Assembly (NCBI GenBank): GCA_046497485.1
Contig: JAWOFP010000042.1
Coordinates: 1-34,233 of the forward strand
Reading direction: 5' to 3'
Source of the DNA: Candidatus Nanohaloarchaea archaeon
Lineage (GTDB): Archaea > Nanohalarchaeota > Nanosalinia > Nanosalinales > Nanosalinaceae
DNA length: 34,233 nt
The notes under the pieces are model-generated. The model had not been told where the DNA came from and did not search any database. It worked only from the letters and a program-made list of their open reading frames with translations. A program made the translations under genes and the position numbers. Positions 7,263-14,635 of this stretch are shown piece after piece (the stretch's first letter is position 1; each line of letters starts with the position of its first letter).

Positions 7263-8819
7263 ATGAAGCAGAAGCAGCAGCAAAACCAAGAAGTCACATT
7301 TAAAGACTTCAATTTCTTCATAACCAAGAATGTAGATAGCATAGACAGTCCCGACAAAATCAAAGAAACAAGAGAATTTCTAGAAGAACAAGGAATCATA
7401 GAGACAGAAGACAACAAAGTAACAAAGATAGAATATGAGAAATTCAAAGAAATAGCGGGCCTCAACCAGTCTAAAAACAGCTTAATGGAGCAAGAATTTC
7501 CATTAAACAGCTATCAAGGATTCAGTAAGACAGAATTAGCACAAGAATATGCAGATTGGCTAATAGAAGACTGCAAAATTCAACCTGTATGGATACCAGG
7601 AACAACAATATTCTACAGATATGACAGAACCACCAACACCTGGAACCAAGTAGAGAAAGACCTTATCTTGAAAAAAGCTAAACATGACCTCAGAGGCAGA
7701 TGGAGTAACCACACAAAGAGAGAGCTGCTCAACCAATTCGAGCACCACCAGAACTACATAGAATTTGAGGATATGGGTCTTCCAGAAAACAAATTCCTTC
7801 TAAAAGATGGCCAAGTAATAGACATAGAGACTAGAGAACTAGAGACAGTTAGGCCAGAAATGTATCCGCTTAACAGCTTAAACACTAGATATAACTCTGA
7901 TGCAGAAGGCCAAGAACTCAAACAATTCATAGAAGACACAATAGACAGCGAAGAAATGATTAAAGCACTTCAAGAATTTCTAGGATATAGCCTGACATGG
8001 CCTTCAAGCAAATATGAAAAAATGCTTTTAATCCTGGGCGGCACCGACACAGGAAAAAGTACACTCATAGAAGTAATAGAAGAACTCTACGGAGAATCTA
8101 CACTTACAAAAATCAGTTTCCCGCAGCTCGGAATGGACAGAGCCTTCCATGTTCCAGATCTCAAAGACTCAATTCTCAACATTGACACCGACATGGAAGA
8201 TAAAGACATTCAGAGAAAAAGCCGAGTCAAGAAAATTGTAAGTAAAGAAGAAATTTATGCCGAGGCCAAAGGAAAAGACGGCTACAATATGATACCGAAA
8301 GCCAATCATTTAGTAACAAGCAACAATTGTCCCGAGCACGACAATGCAACCGATGCTTACTTCAACAGATTCATAACCTTGACCGCTACAACTAGGGTGC
8401 CAGAAGAAGAGAAAGACAGAGAGCTAGCAGATAAATTGAAGAGTGAAGAAAATATTCAATGGCTATTCAAGTGGGCACTAGACGGCCTAGACAGATTAAA
8501 CAAACAGAATGACTTTTCCTGGAATCCAACAGAATATGAAACAAAGAAACTATGGGACAGATTCGGAAACAGCGTACAGCAATTTATAGCCGATCAAATA
8601 ACTGTAGATACTCAAGAAGGCCGTAATATCAAAACCGTTGATGTATACGAGGCTTATGAGATGTGGATGGAAGATAAACTGGAGAAAAAAGTCTCCAGAA
8701 ATAAATTTATCGGTATGGCCGCTAACCACCCTGATATGCATAAAGCTAATACACTAGCAGAAGATGGAACACAAGCCAGTTGTTTTGTAGACATTAATAT
8801 CGGTGATTACAATGTTTAA
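7263..8819 (+). CDS. D5/P4-family superfamily-3 helicase, no recognisable primase domain
   Basis: D5_N-like YRYD...W, Walker A GGTDTGKS, motif B LNIDTD, motif C LVTSN, YFNRF arginine finger, C-terminal wHTH VYEAYEMW. Confidence 0.88.
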   Translation: MKQKQQQNQEVTFKDFNFFITKNVDSIDSPDKIKETREFLEEQGIIETEDNKVTKIEYEKFKEIAGLNQSKNSLMEQEFPLNSYQGFSKTELAQEYADWLIEDCKIQPVWIPGTTIFYRYDRTTNTWNQVEKDLILKKAKHDLRGRWSNHTKRELLNQFEHHQNYIEFEDMGLPENKFLLKDGQVIDIETRELETVRPEMYPLNSLNTRYNSDAEGQELKQFIEDTIDSEEMIKALQEFLGYSLTWPSSKYEKMLLILGGTDTGKSTLIEVIEELYGESTLTKISFPQLGMDRAFHVPDLKDSILNIDTDMEDKDIQRKSRVKKIVSKEEIYAEAKGKDGYNMIPKANHLVTSNNCPEHDNATDAYFNRFITLTATTRVPEEEKDRELADKLKSEENIQWLFKWALDGLDRLNKQNDFSWNPTEYETKKLWDRFGNSVQQFIADQITVDTQEGRNIKTVDVYEAYEMWMEDKLEKKVSRNKFIGMAANHPDMHKANTLAEDGTQASCFVDINIGDYNV

Positions 8820-8848
8820 AGAATCTAACAAATTAATCGCTTTAAGGC

Positions 8849-8913
8849 ATCAAAGGGTTATTTACCCCTTTATGTGTTGGCCTAACACCCAAAGGGTGCA
8901 AAACCTCTTTGAT
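8849..8913. repeat. 65 bp imperfect palindrome, candidate replication origin
   Basis: ATCAAAGGGTTATTTACCCCTTTATGTGTTGG|CCTAACACCCAAAGGGTGCAAAACCTCTTTGAT, immediately after the helicase gene. Confidence 0.55.
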
Positions 8914-9052
8914 AGTTTAGATAGTAGTAAATTTTCAGATTTTCTTCTAGAGGTGTATGTCAAATGAAGAACTTACGGTCTTGTTATGAGATAACTATGA
9001 GCAGGTTTTGTGGAGGATATGAGACAGATACGGATAAATGGAGGTTGAGAAA

Positions 9053-9262
9053 ATGAAAAGACAGAATTGGGAGATTAAAGACGGAATATTAGAGGCCTTG
9101 GAGAAGTACCCTCACAATAAGAGCCAGTTGAGCAAGCGGCTTGGAACTAATACTGATACTATTGAGAAGCATCTTCAGGACCTAGAGTCTTATGGTAAAG
9201 TCAGAAAATCTAGAGAATGGGTTAATGGTAACGAAAAGACTGTTTGGAGGCTGAATCTATGA
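9053..9262 (+). CDS. Winged helix-turn-helix protein
   Basis: ILEAL...NKSQLSKRLG...TIEKHLQDLESYGKV; GGAGGT RBS favours ATG 9053. Confidence 0.82.
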   Translation: MKRQNWEIKDGILEALEKYPHNKSQLSKRLGTNTDTIEKHLQDLESYGKVRKSREWVNGNEKTVWRLNL

Positions 9263-9480
9263 GCACCGGTGATGTGATTGATTGGCTATTAGAGAATGGT
9301 CCTGCATCTACTCAGGATATAGTAGAGGGATCTGATATGTCTAAAGGCCAGGTTAGAAGGAATTTGAGGAAAATGACGAAATGGGAGGATTATTATGAGT
9401 TTACAATCGATAAGAGCAAGAATTACAATGTCTATGATGTGGAAAAGCGGGAAAAATCTAAGAGTAAACGATTTTTCTAG
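9259..9480 (+). CDS. Winged helix-turn-helix protein
   Basis: VIDWLLENGPASTQDIVEGSDMSKGQVRRNLRKM; ATGA overlap with the previous gene. Confidence 0.78.
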   Translation: MSTGDVIDWLLENGPASTQDIVEGSDMSKGQVRRNLRKMTKWEDYYEFTIDKSKNYNVYDVEKREKSKSKRFF

Positions 9481-9500
9481 AATGGAGGTGAAAAATAATA

Positions 9501-9989
9501 ATGGATTTAATTAATGATGAAGAGGAATGGAAGCAGAAGCAAGAGTTAAAGAAGCTAAAAGATGAGAGAGCTAACAGCATTAAGGATGAGTTAAGCGATC
9601 AGCTGGAGGATATTCAGGAAGCCTTGGAAGATACAATAGGCAGAGATTATTTGAATCAAGGCTTGAAGTCTCTGAATGAGAAGATCAAGGTGTTAAGAGA
9701 AGATAAGGCTGATAGAGAGAAAGTTTCTAGGCTTGAGTCTAGAGTAGCTGAGTTAGAAAATGAAGTTGAAGAAATGAAGTCCCAGGCTTTGAAGCAGAGT
9801 GTTAAGGCCAGTTCATTGAATAACTCTGAAGAGAATGAGGTTCTTGGAAGCGTAAAAGCAGAATCGAGAAGTAAGAAGCAGAAGATCATTGAGTTAGATG
9901 ATGAGAATCCTGCTTTAACTCATCAGCAAATTGCTGATATGGTTGGATCTGAGAGAACTTATGTATCAAAGATTTTAGGCAGTGATTGA
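9501..9989 (+). CDS. Coiled-coil protein with C-terminal HTH
   Basis: Heptad-rich N-terminal region; LTHQQIADMVGSERTYVSKIL HTH; GGAGGTGA RBS. Confidence 0.75.
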   Translation: MDLINDEEEWKQKQELKKLKDERANSIKDELSDQLEDIQEALEDTIGRDYLNQGLKSLNEKIKVLREDKADREKVSRLESRVAELENEVEEMKSQALKQSVKASSLNNSEENEVLGSVKAESRSKKQKIIELDDENPALTHQQIADMVGSERTYVSKILGSD

Positions 9990-10159
9990 AGATAATTCTG
10001 CTTTTTCCCTTTGATGTGTGTGGTGTGTTGTGTGTATACAACACATGTTGTAGATAGGCTTTGACCGCAGGCGCGCGACACATTCATTTTTTCTTTTTTG
10101 TTCTGACGGATAGTATTGAATCAATCTGCTTTTAGGCACTGTTTTTAGAGTACTATTTT

Positions 10160-10176
10160 AAGGCGGAATCTTCTTT
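10160..10176 (+). promoter_or_regulatory. Element operator-like box, copy 3 (one mismatch)
   Basis: TTTTAAGGCGGAATCTTCTTT followed by 9 nt and ATG 10186. Confidence 0.7.
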
Positions 10177-10185
10177 GAATTGTCT

Positions 10186-10527
10186 ATGAATAATAAAGCG
10201 TATGTACATGCTATGAAGCAACCTTACGGAAGTTATTACCATGAATTAACTGTTTCTCTGGAAGACTTCAGCTCTGAGGAAGAACTCGTTAGGCATGTAT
10301 TTGATTCGTGCGGAGAAGGAGAATATTATATCCAAGTTAGAAAGAATAACGGGCAGTTCTCTAAGGCTCTCTGGAAGGGTTTTATCAAGGATTTAGGCAG
10401 CGATACCATCAAGTTTGGTAAGAATGAGAAGACTATTTGTTATCAAAATCGATTAGAAGAGCCTTTACTTGAGAATATGGGTATAGATCAGAGGAAGACT
10501 GGATCTAATCAGAAGATCAAGTTTTAG
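10186..10527 (+). CDS. Hypothetical protein
   Basis: ATG 30 nt after the TATA start, consistent with a leaderless transcript; no family recognised. Confidence 0.65.
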   Translation: MNNKAYVHAMKQPYGSYYHELTVSLEDFSSEEELVRHVFDSCGEGEYYIQVRKNNGQFSKALWKGFIKDLGSDTIKFGKNEKTICYQNRLEEPLLENMGIDQRKTGSNQKIKF

Positions 10528-10563
10528 GCACTAACTCCATAGGCGCGTATGCCATTTGTTTAA

Positions 10564-10580
10564 AAGGCGGAGTCTTCTTT
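10564..10580 (+). promoter_or_regulatory. Element operator-like box, copy 4
   Basis: TTTAAAAGGCGGAGTCTTCTTT followed by 9 nt and ATG 10590. Confidence 0.7.
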
Positions 10581-10589
10581 TAGAGGTCT

Positions 10590-10769
10590 ATGAAAGAAGC
10601 AGCTGGACAAGTAGTTTTTCTGATGTTGGCGTTATTCCTTGCTATAGGCATAGCTTTTGAGCTATTCTATCCAGGGAACTGTACAGCATTGGAATATCTC
10701 TCTAGAGAAATCATAAACCTTGATGGAACAGTATGCAGCGTGGAGACAGTTTTCAGCACAGCAGATTAA
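10590..10769 (+). CDS. Small membrane or secreted protein, 59 aa (missed by the ORF track)
   Basis: MKEAAGQVVFLMLALFLAIGIAFELFYPGNCTALEYLSREIINLDGTVCSVETVFSTAD; own promoter and a T-tract after the stop. Confidence 0.75.
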   Translation: MKEAAGQVVFLMLALFLAIGIAFELFYPGNCTALEYLSREIINLDGTVCSVETVFSTAD

Positions 10770-10919
10770 GTTATCTTTTTTTGGTCGTAAACCGACCAAT
10801 AGATGCCACCTTAGCAGTTGCTTCTACTGATTCATCGCTTCCCTTCATGCCTGATTCGGCTGGAGGGAGGCGTTTCCCTATACCATAATTTTAACAAAAT
10901 TACTTAGTAATAGAAAGAT

Positions 10920-11174
10920 ATGGATGTAGCTACACAAGAAGATTTCTATGAGTTAGATGAAAAACTCTATGCTTTATTCGATGCTAATACTGAGAAAAGA
11001 TATGAAAAAATTATAGGATTAGTTTTAGTGAATGAAGACGAGTTTCAGAACTGGGAGCCTGCTATAATGGATAGAGGAGGCTCTATTAAATCTGTAAAGA
11101 CTATTGATAATTTCGTACGAGTTATTCCTGAGGAAAAACTGCCCGAAGAACCTAATATGGATCTGGAGATTTAA
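10920..11174 (+). CDS. Hypothetical protein
   Basis: Acidic 84 aa ORF with TTTTAAC about 30 nt upstream. Confidence 0.6.
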   Translation: MDVATQEDFYELDEKLYALFDANTEKRYEKIIGLVLVNEDEFQNWEPAIMDRGGSIKSVKTIDNFVRVIPEEKLPEEPNMDLEI

Positions 11175-11254
11175 TAATTAGTATAGTTGCTGAAAAGTCA
11201 AACACTCCAATCTTTTGAGAAAGATTTTTACAACTGTAGATTAGAGACATATTC

Positions 11255-11958
11255 ATGGATCAAAATTCGAGAGAAAGAGATTCTAATAATGAAGATGTTG
11301 ATATCGATGAAATCCCTCCAATTGGTGCGCCTGTTTTAGGCCTAATATTAATTTATACTGTTATTGAAGTAGGATTTAGTGATCCTCTGATAAGTTTGGC
11401 ATTTGGAGGAGCAGGCTTAACGATGGTTGCTGCGTTCTCTGTCAAAATTGTTACATTGTACAAACAGAGAGGTGCTAAAAGAGCGATAGATTATGCGATT
11501 ACAGCTCCAGTAGACCGCGAAGAAGACTATTCTATTGATTTAAAAAAGAGTCCAGGTATTGAAAAAACGGAACAAGGTATTACATTAGATCATTTGAAAG
11601 AGATAGATCCTTATGAATTCGAGGAATTTGTAGCAAAGGTCTGGGATGGTATGGGGTATGAAACAAAAGTAACTCAAGGAGCCCAGGACAGAGGTATAGA
11701 TGTAGTTGCTGAAAGGCAGAGCCTTACAATAAGAAAAAATTAATCCAGGCTAAAAGAAAAGGAGATGGAAATAAGGTTTCTGCACCAACTGTCAGGAAGT
11801 GTAGCGGTTTAAAGCATGATAACGGTGTAGATGAAGTGTTAGTTGTTACAACTACTTCATTTACTTCTCAAGCGCATGAAGAGGCAGATAAATATAATGT
11901 TAAACTTATAGATGGTAAAAAACTTTTACAGCTATATGAGGATAATGTGGAAAAATAG
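11255..11958 (+). pseudogene. mrr: Membrane-anchored Mrr-family restriction endonuclease, split by a -1 frameshift
   Basis: Two TM helices, then IDPYEFEEFVA...GY...T....DRGIDVVA; the -1 frame continues EPYNKKKLIQAKR...VTTTSFTSQA....NVKLIDG to TAG at 11958. Confidence 0.85.
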
Positions 11959-11971
11959 GTGAATCGATAAT

Positions 11972-12214
11972 ATGGGAGTTGTCAAACGCGACGGAAGATG
12001 GAGATTAGAAAAGAAGAAAGAAGGAGTTTACATAGTTACAGAAAGAGGTGAACAAAAGGCCAAAATAATCACTGGAGAGTATGAACCTTCTGGGATGATG
12101 AATGATGAAAGGAGTAGCATGATGGCTAATGTTATAGAAGTAAAAGACTTTGAGGAAGCCAAGAGAGAGTTTAATGAATTTGCAAGCGGAAATTCAGGAG
12201 GAGGCCTAATTTAA
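11972..12214 (+). CDS. Hypothetical protein
   Basis: AGGTGA RBS; 80 aa; co-oriented and closely spaced with mrr. Confidence 0.72.
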   Translation: MGVVKRDGRWRLEKKKEGVYIVTERGEQKAKIITGEYEPSGMMNDERSSMMANVIEVKDFEEAKREFNEFASGNSGGGLI

Positions 12215-12409
12215 AAAATATTTTATCTAGACTATCGACCTCAAATATCCTTGATATAATTTGTTATTATTGTAACAATTAACATTGTTTACGCAGTTTA
12301 ATTTATTATTAACATTAGAAATAATAGCTTTCGTAGTATTACGAAACCTTTGGGCTTTATTTTCTCTAAAAACATTTATATGCAGTCTAATGTAAATATG
12401 TAGTAGAGC

Positions 12410-12826
12410 ATGACCGACGACCAAGTACAATCATGCTCCCAGAAAAGTATGGGAGCTTCAAGTTCAAATAACCAGGTCTCAGAAGACCTAAAACCGCTTA
12501 AAAAATACTATGAGGAAGATCATATCTCTAGAGCTGAGTCTTTAGGCAGCGAATCAGTTTTTAATCCTAGAGCCATCCTGCTATATGCCATTGATGTAGG
12601 GCTTAGAGAGTTCGAGAAATTCGGTGTAAAACACAGTAAGTTTAGGCAGGATATTCGAGAAGATAACTTTGAGGAATATCGTAACTACCTTATAGACATG
12701 TTAGGCAAAGGAATTGACTTTGACGAAGTTGATTTGAAGGATTTGGAAAAGGCCTATGAACATCTGCATGGAGAGAATATCAGAGAGATGGTAGGCAGAG
12801 CACCAGGTGATCAAAGTGGCGTATGA
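12410..12826 (+). CDS. Hypothetical protein
   Basis: 138 aa acidic ORF preceded by TTTATA. Confidence 0.65.
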   Translation: MTDDQVQSCSQKSMGASSSNNQVSEDLKPLKKYYEEDHISRAESLGSESVFNPRAILLYAIDVGLREFEKFGVKHSKFRQDIREDNFEEYRNYLIDMLGKGIDFDEVDLKDLEKAYEHLHGENIREMVGRAPGDQSGV

Positions 12827-12869
12827 ATCACAAGAGATCCATTCTAGAAGAGTTATCAATGAATACAGT

Positions 12870-13121
12870 ATGAAAAGCAGTGTTCCAGAGAGTTTAGAAG
12901 ATAGTGTTCAGGGCTTAGAGAACTTGATGGAGGTTCTTTCAGAGCTTCCATCTGAGTGGATAGATTCAACTAGAGTCTACGAAGATCTTAAAAATAAAGA
13001 CGGTAGGAGTCCTTCCAGGAGAACGATTAGGCGCTGGATCAATAAGCTGGAAAGTAAAGGAATGGTTAAGAAGAGAGGAACTACTAGATCGACTGAAGTT
13101 TTTTCACTTGTAGAGAAATAA
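12870..13121 (+). CDS. Winged helix-turn-helix protein
   Basis: STRVYEDL...PSRRTIRRWINKLESKGMV.K.G; start uncertain (12807 GTG or 12870 ATG). Confidence 0.75.
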   Translation: MKSSVPESLEDSVQGLENLMEVLSELPSEWIDSTRVYEDLKNKDGRSPSRRTIRRWINKLESKGMVKKRGTTRSTEVFSLVEK

Positions 13122-13346
13122 TCCATTATTCTTTCTATTTTCTTTATTTTTTACCCACATCTTACCATCTAGGGTAGGGGTTAAGGCCTAGATATGTGCT
13201 TTAAAGAACTGACAATTGTTTATATTCAATTCCTTTCTCTTATTTCTTATTATTTTAGTTTAGCTTATAGAGAAACTTCCAAATCTTAATGTAAGTTCCT
13301 TTCTCTCCATTCTCAAGCTTCGAATTGTATTTACCAAAGAAACCCA

Positions 13347-13502
13347 TTATTCTGAGGCCTCTTGAAGCGCTAGATTGCCTTTATTATTGAGTTTCCATTC
13401 AAGCTCCTGGCCATCTTCCCAATCTTTGGCTTCTACCATTGATTTAGGCACTGTGATAACTGCTTGACCAGTGTGATCATTTATCTGAAGTTTGTAACTC
13501 AT
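13347..13502 (-). CDS. AbrB/MazE/SpoVT-family DNA-binding protein, 51 aa (missed by the ORF track)
   Basis: MSYKLQINDHTGQAVITVPKSMVEAKDWEDGQELEWKLNNKGNLALQEASE; ITvPK...W..G..LEW signature. Confidence 0.85.
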   Translation of the reverse strand: MSYKLQINDHTGQAVITVPKSMVEAKDWEDGQELEWKLNNKGNLALQEASE

Positions 13503-13586
13503 ACATGTATATCTAAGGTTAAACTACTTAAGTATTGGGTACGAAATAACTAATATACTACGGCATTAAAGGCTTCCAAAGGAGCG

Positions 13587-13600
13587 CCCGGTCCCGGCTT
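13587..13600 (+). repeat. attR core CCCGGTCCCGGCTT
   Basis: Duplicate of the tRNA-Cys 3' end. Confidence 0.92.
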
Positions 13601-14592
13601 TAATCTATTAATCCATGTTCTTCCATCAGATCTCCGGCATACTTCTGACCTTTACTTATACTATTACTATGTTTATATCGTCTGCCTTCCTTTGTTTCTC
13701 CATTGAAATTTTCTGAGGCCTCTTTCTTTTGCAGAAGCTCGAGAGCTATTATCTCGCCTTCGTCCTCTCTGTATCCTGGAACTTTACCTGCATCAACTAA
13801 TATCAGTCTGTGCCCTCCATTGATTCTGGTTTTAGTGAGCGGTTTCCAGTTACCGCTATAAGTGTCAATTATCTCTTCCAGCTCCAAGTCCAGCTCTAGG
13901 TTTGACTCTATAGTTTCAAGCCTATTGTTTACTTCGCTCCAAGAAACAGCTGAGGCCTGTTCTACATCGGATTCTAGTTTTGGAGTCATCGTTATTCTGC
14001 TTTCTTCTTCCTGGTTATTCTGCAAGAAAGCTTGTTGGATCAGTTTAAGATTTCTCATTTCTGAAGTAGAGTTTCTAATATCTTGGGCGTCCGCATAAGT
14101 AACTAAATTTGCAGTTTCAGGATTCATTTGCCTAAGCTCATATTCTCCGTCTTCCTCCAAAACAAGGATCTCCGAATTTTCTTCGTAAGGCCTTATCCAT
14201 GTACAGTTAGGTCCTTCAATTTCAGAATGTTCAAGACCTGGAGCATAACCAATAAACCTGTAGCTTTTCTGTTCTGTATCAGAATCTAGAATAGATGTTG
14301 ATCCTACCGTTTCAGTTTCGATTCTGACATCTCCTGAGTCCTGATCGAACCATAATTTTCTGGCATCAGTCTCAAAATCAAGTTCAATGGACTCTACAAA
14401 TTTTTCAGGGCTTCCTTTGTCCAATTGAAATTCCTGTCCCTCAGAACTAATGTATTTCACATCATAATCAAATACTTCTTCATCTGGCAGATTAATCCTA
14501 TCTCTGACATGTTTTCTCATCTGACGCGGATCTTGTTGAAGTCTCTGATCGACTTCTTCCGTATCCATTCCAGGTATTAGAGGAACTGACAC
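13600..14592 (-). CDS. Hypothetical protein, possible RelE-like C-terminal domain
   Basis: 330 aa acidic ORF whose stop codon abuts attR. Confidence 0.7.
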   Translation of the reverse strand: MSVPLIPGMDTEEVDQRLQQDPRQMRKHVRDRINLPDEEVFDYDVKYISSEGQEFQLDKGSPEKFVESIELDFETDARKLWFDQDSGDVRIETETVGSTSILDSDTEQKSYRFIGYAPGLEHSEIEGPNCTWIRPYEENSEILVLEEDGEYELRQMNPETANLVTYADAQDIRNSTSEMRNLKLIQQAFLQNNQEEESRITMTPKLESDVEQASAVSWSEVNNRLETIESNLELDLELEEIIDTYSGNWKPLTKTRINGGHRLILVDAGKVPGYREDEGEIIALELLQKKEASENFNGETKEGRRYKHSNSISKGQKYAGDLMEEHGLID

Positions 14593-14635
14593 ATATATTC
14601 GTCACAGCGCAGTTATAAATAAGTTATGTGCTGGT

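Larger units (their letters stand above)
5163..13600. mobile_element. tRNA-Cys-integrated element of about 8.4 kb (integrative plasmid or satellite-like)
   Basis: 14 bp direct repeat at both ends; integrase next to attL; SF3 helicase, regulators and defence-type cargo inside; visibly more AT-rich than the flanks. Confidence 0.92.

Noticed and set aside
5209..10580. 17 bp repeats as a CRISPR array
   Set aside because: Too short, spaced 0.4-3.6 kb apart, and no cas genes are present.
12227..12430. 67 aa minus-strand ORF
   Set aside because: Asn-rich translation of an AT-rich intergenic region that overlaps the promoter and start of orf12410.
5163..13600. Element as a complete pleolipovirus or tailed provirus, or an SSV-type split integrase
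   Set aside because: No recognisable spike, capsid, terminase or portal genes; the integrase is intact and separate from att.
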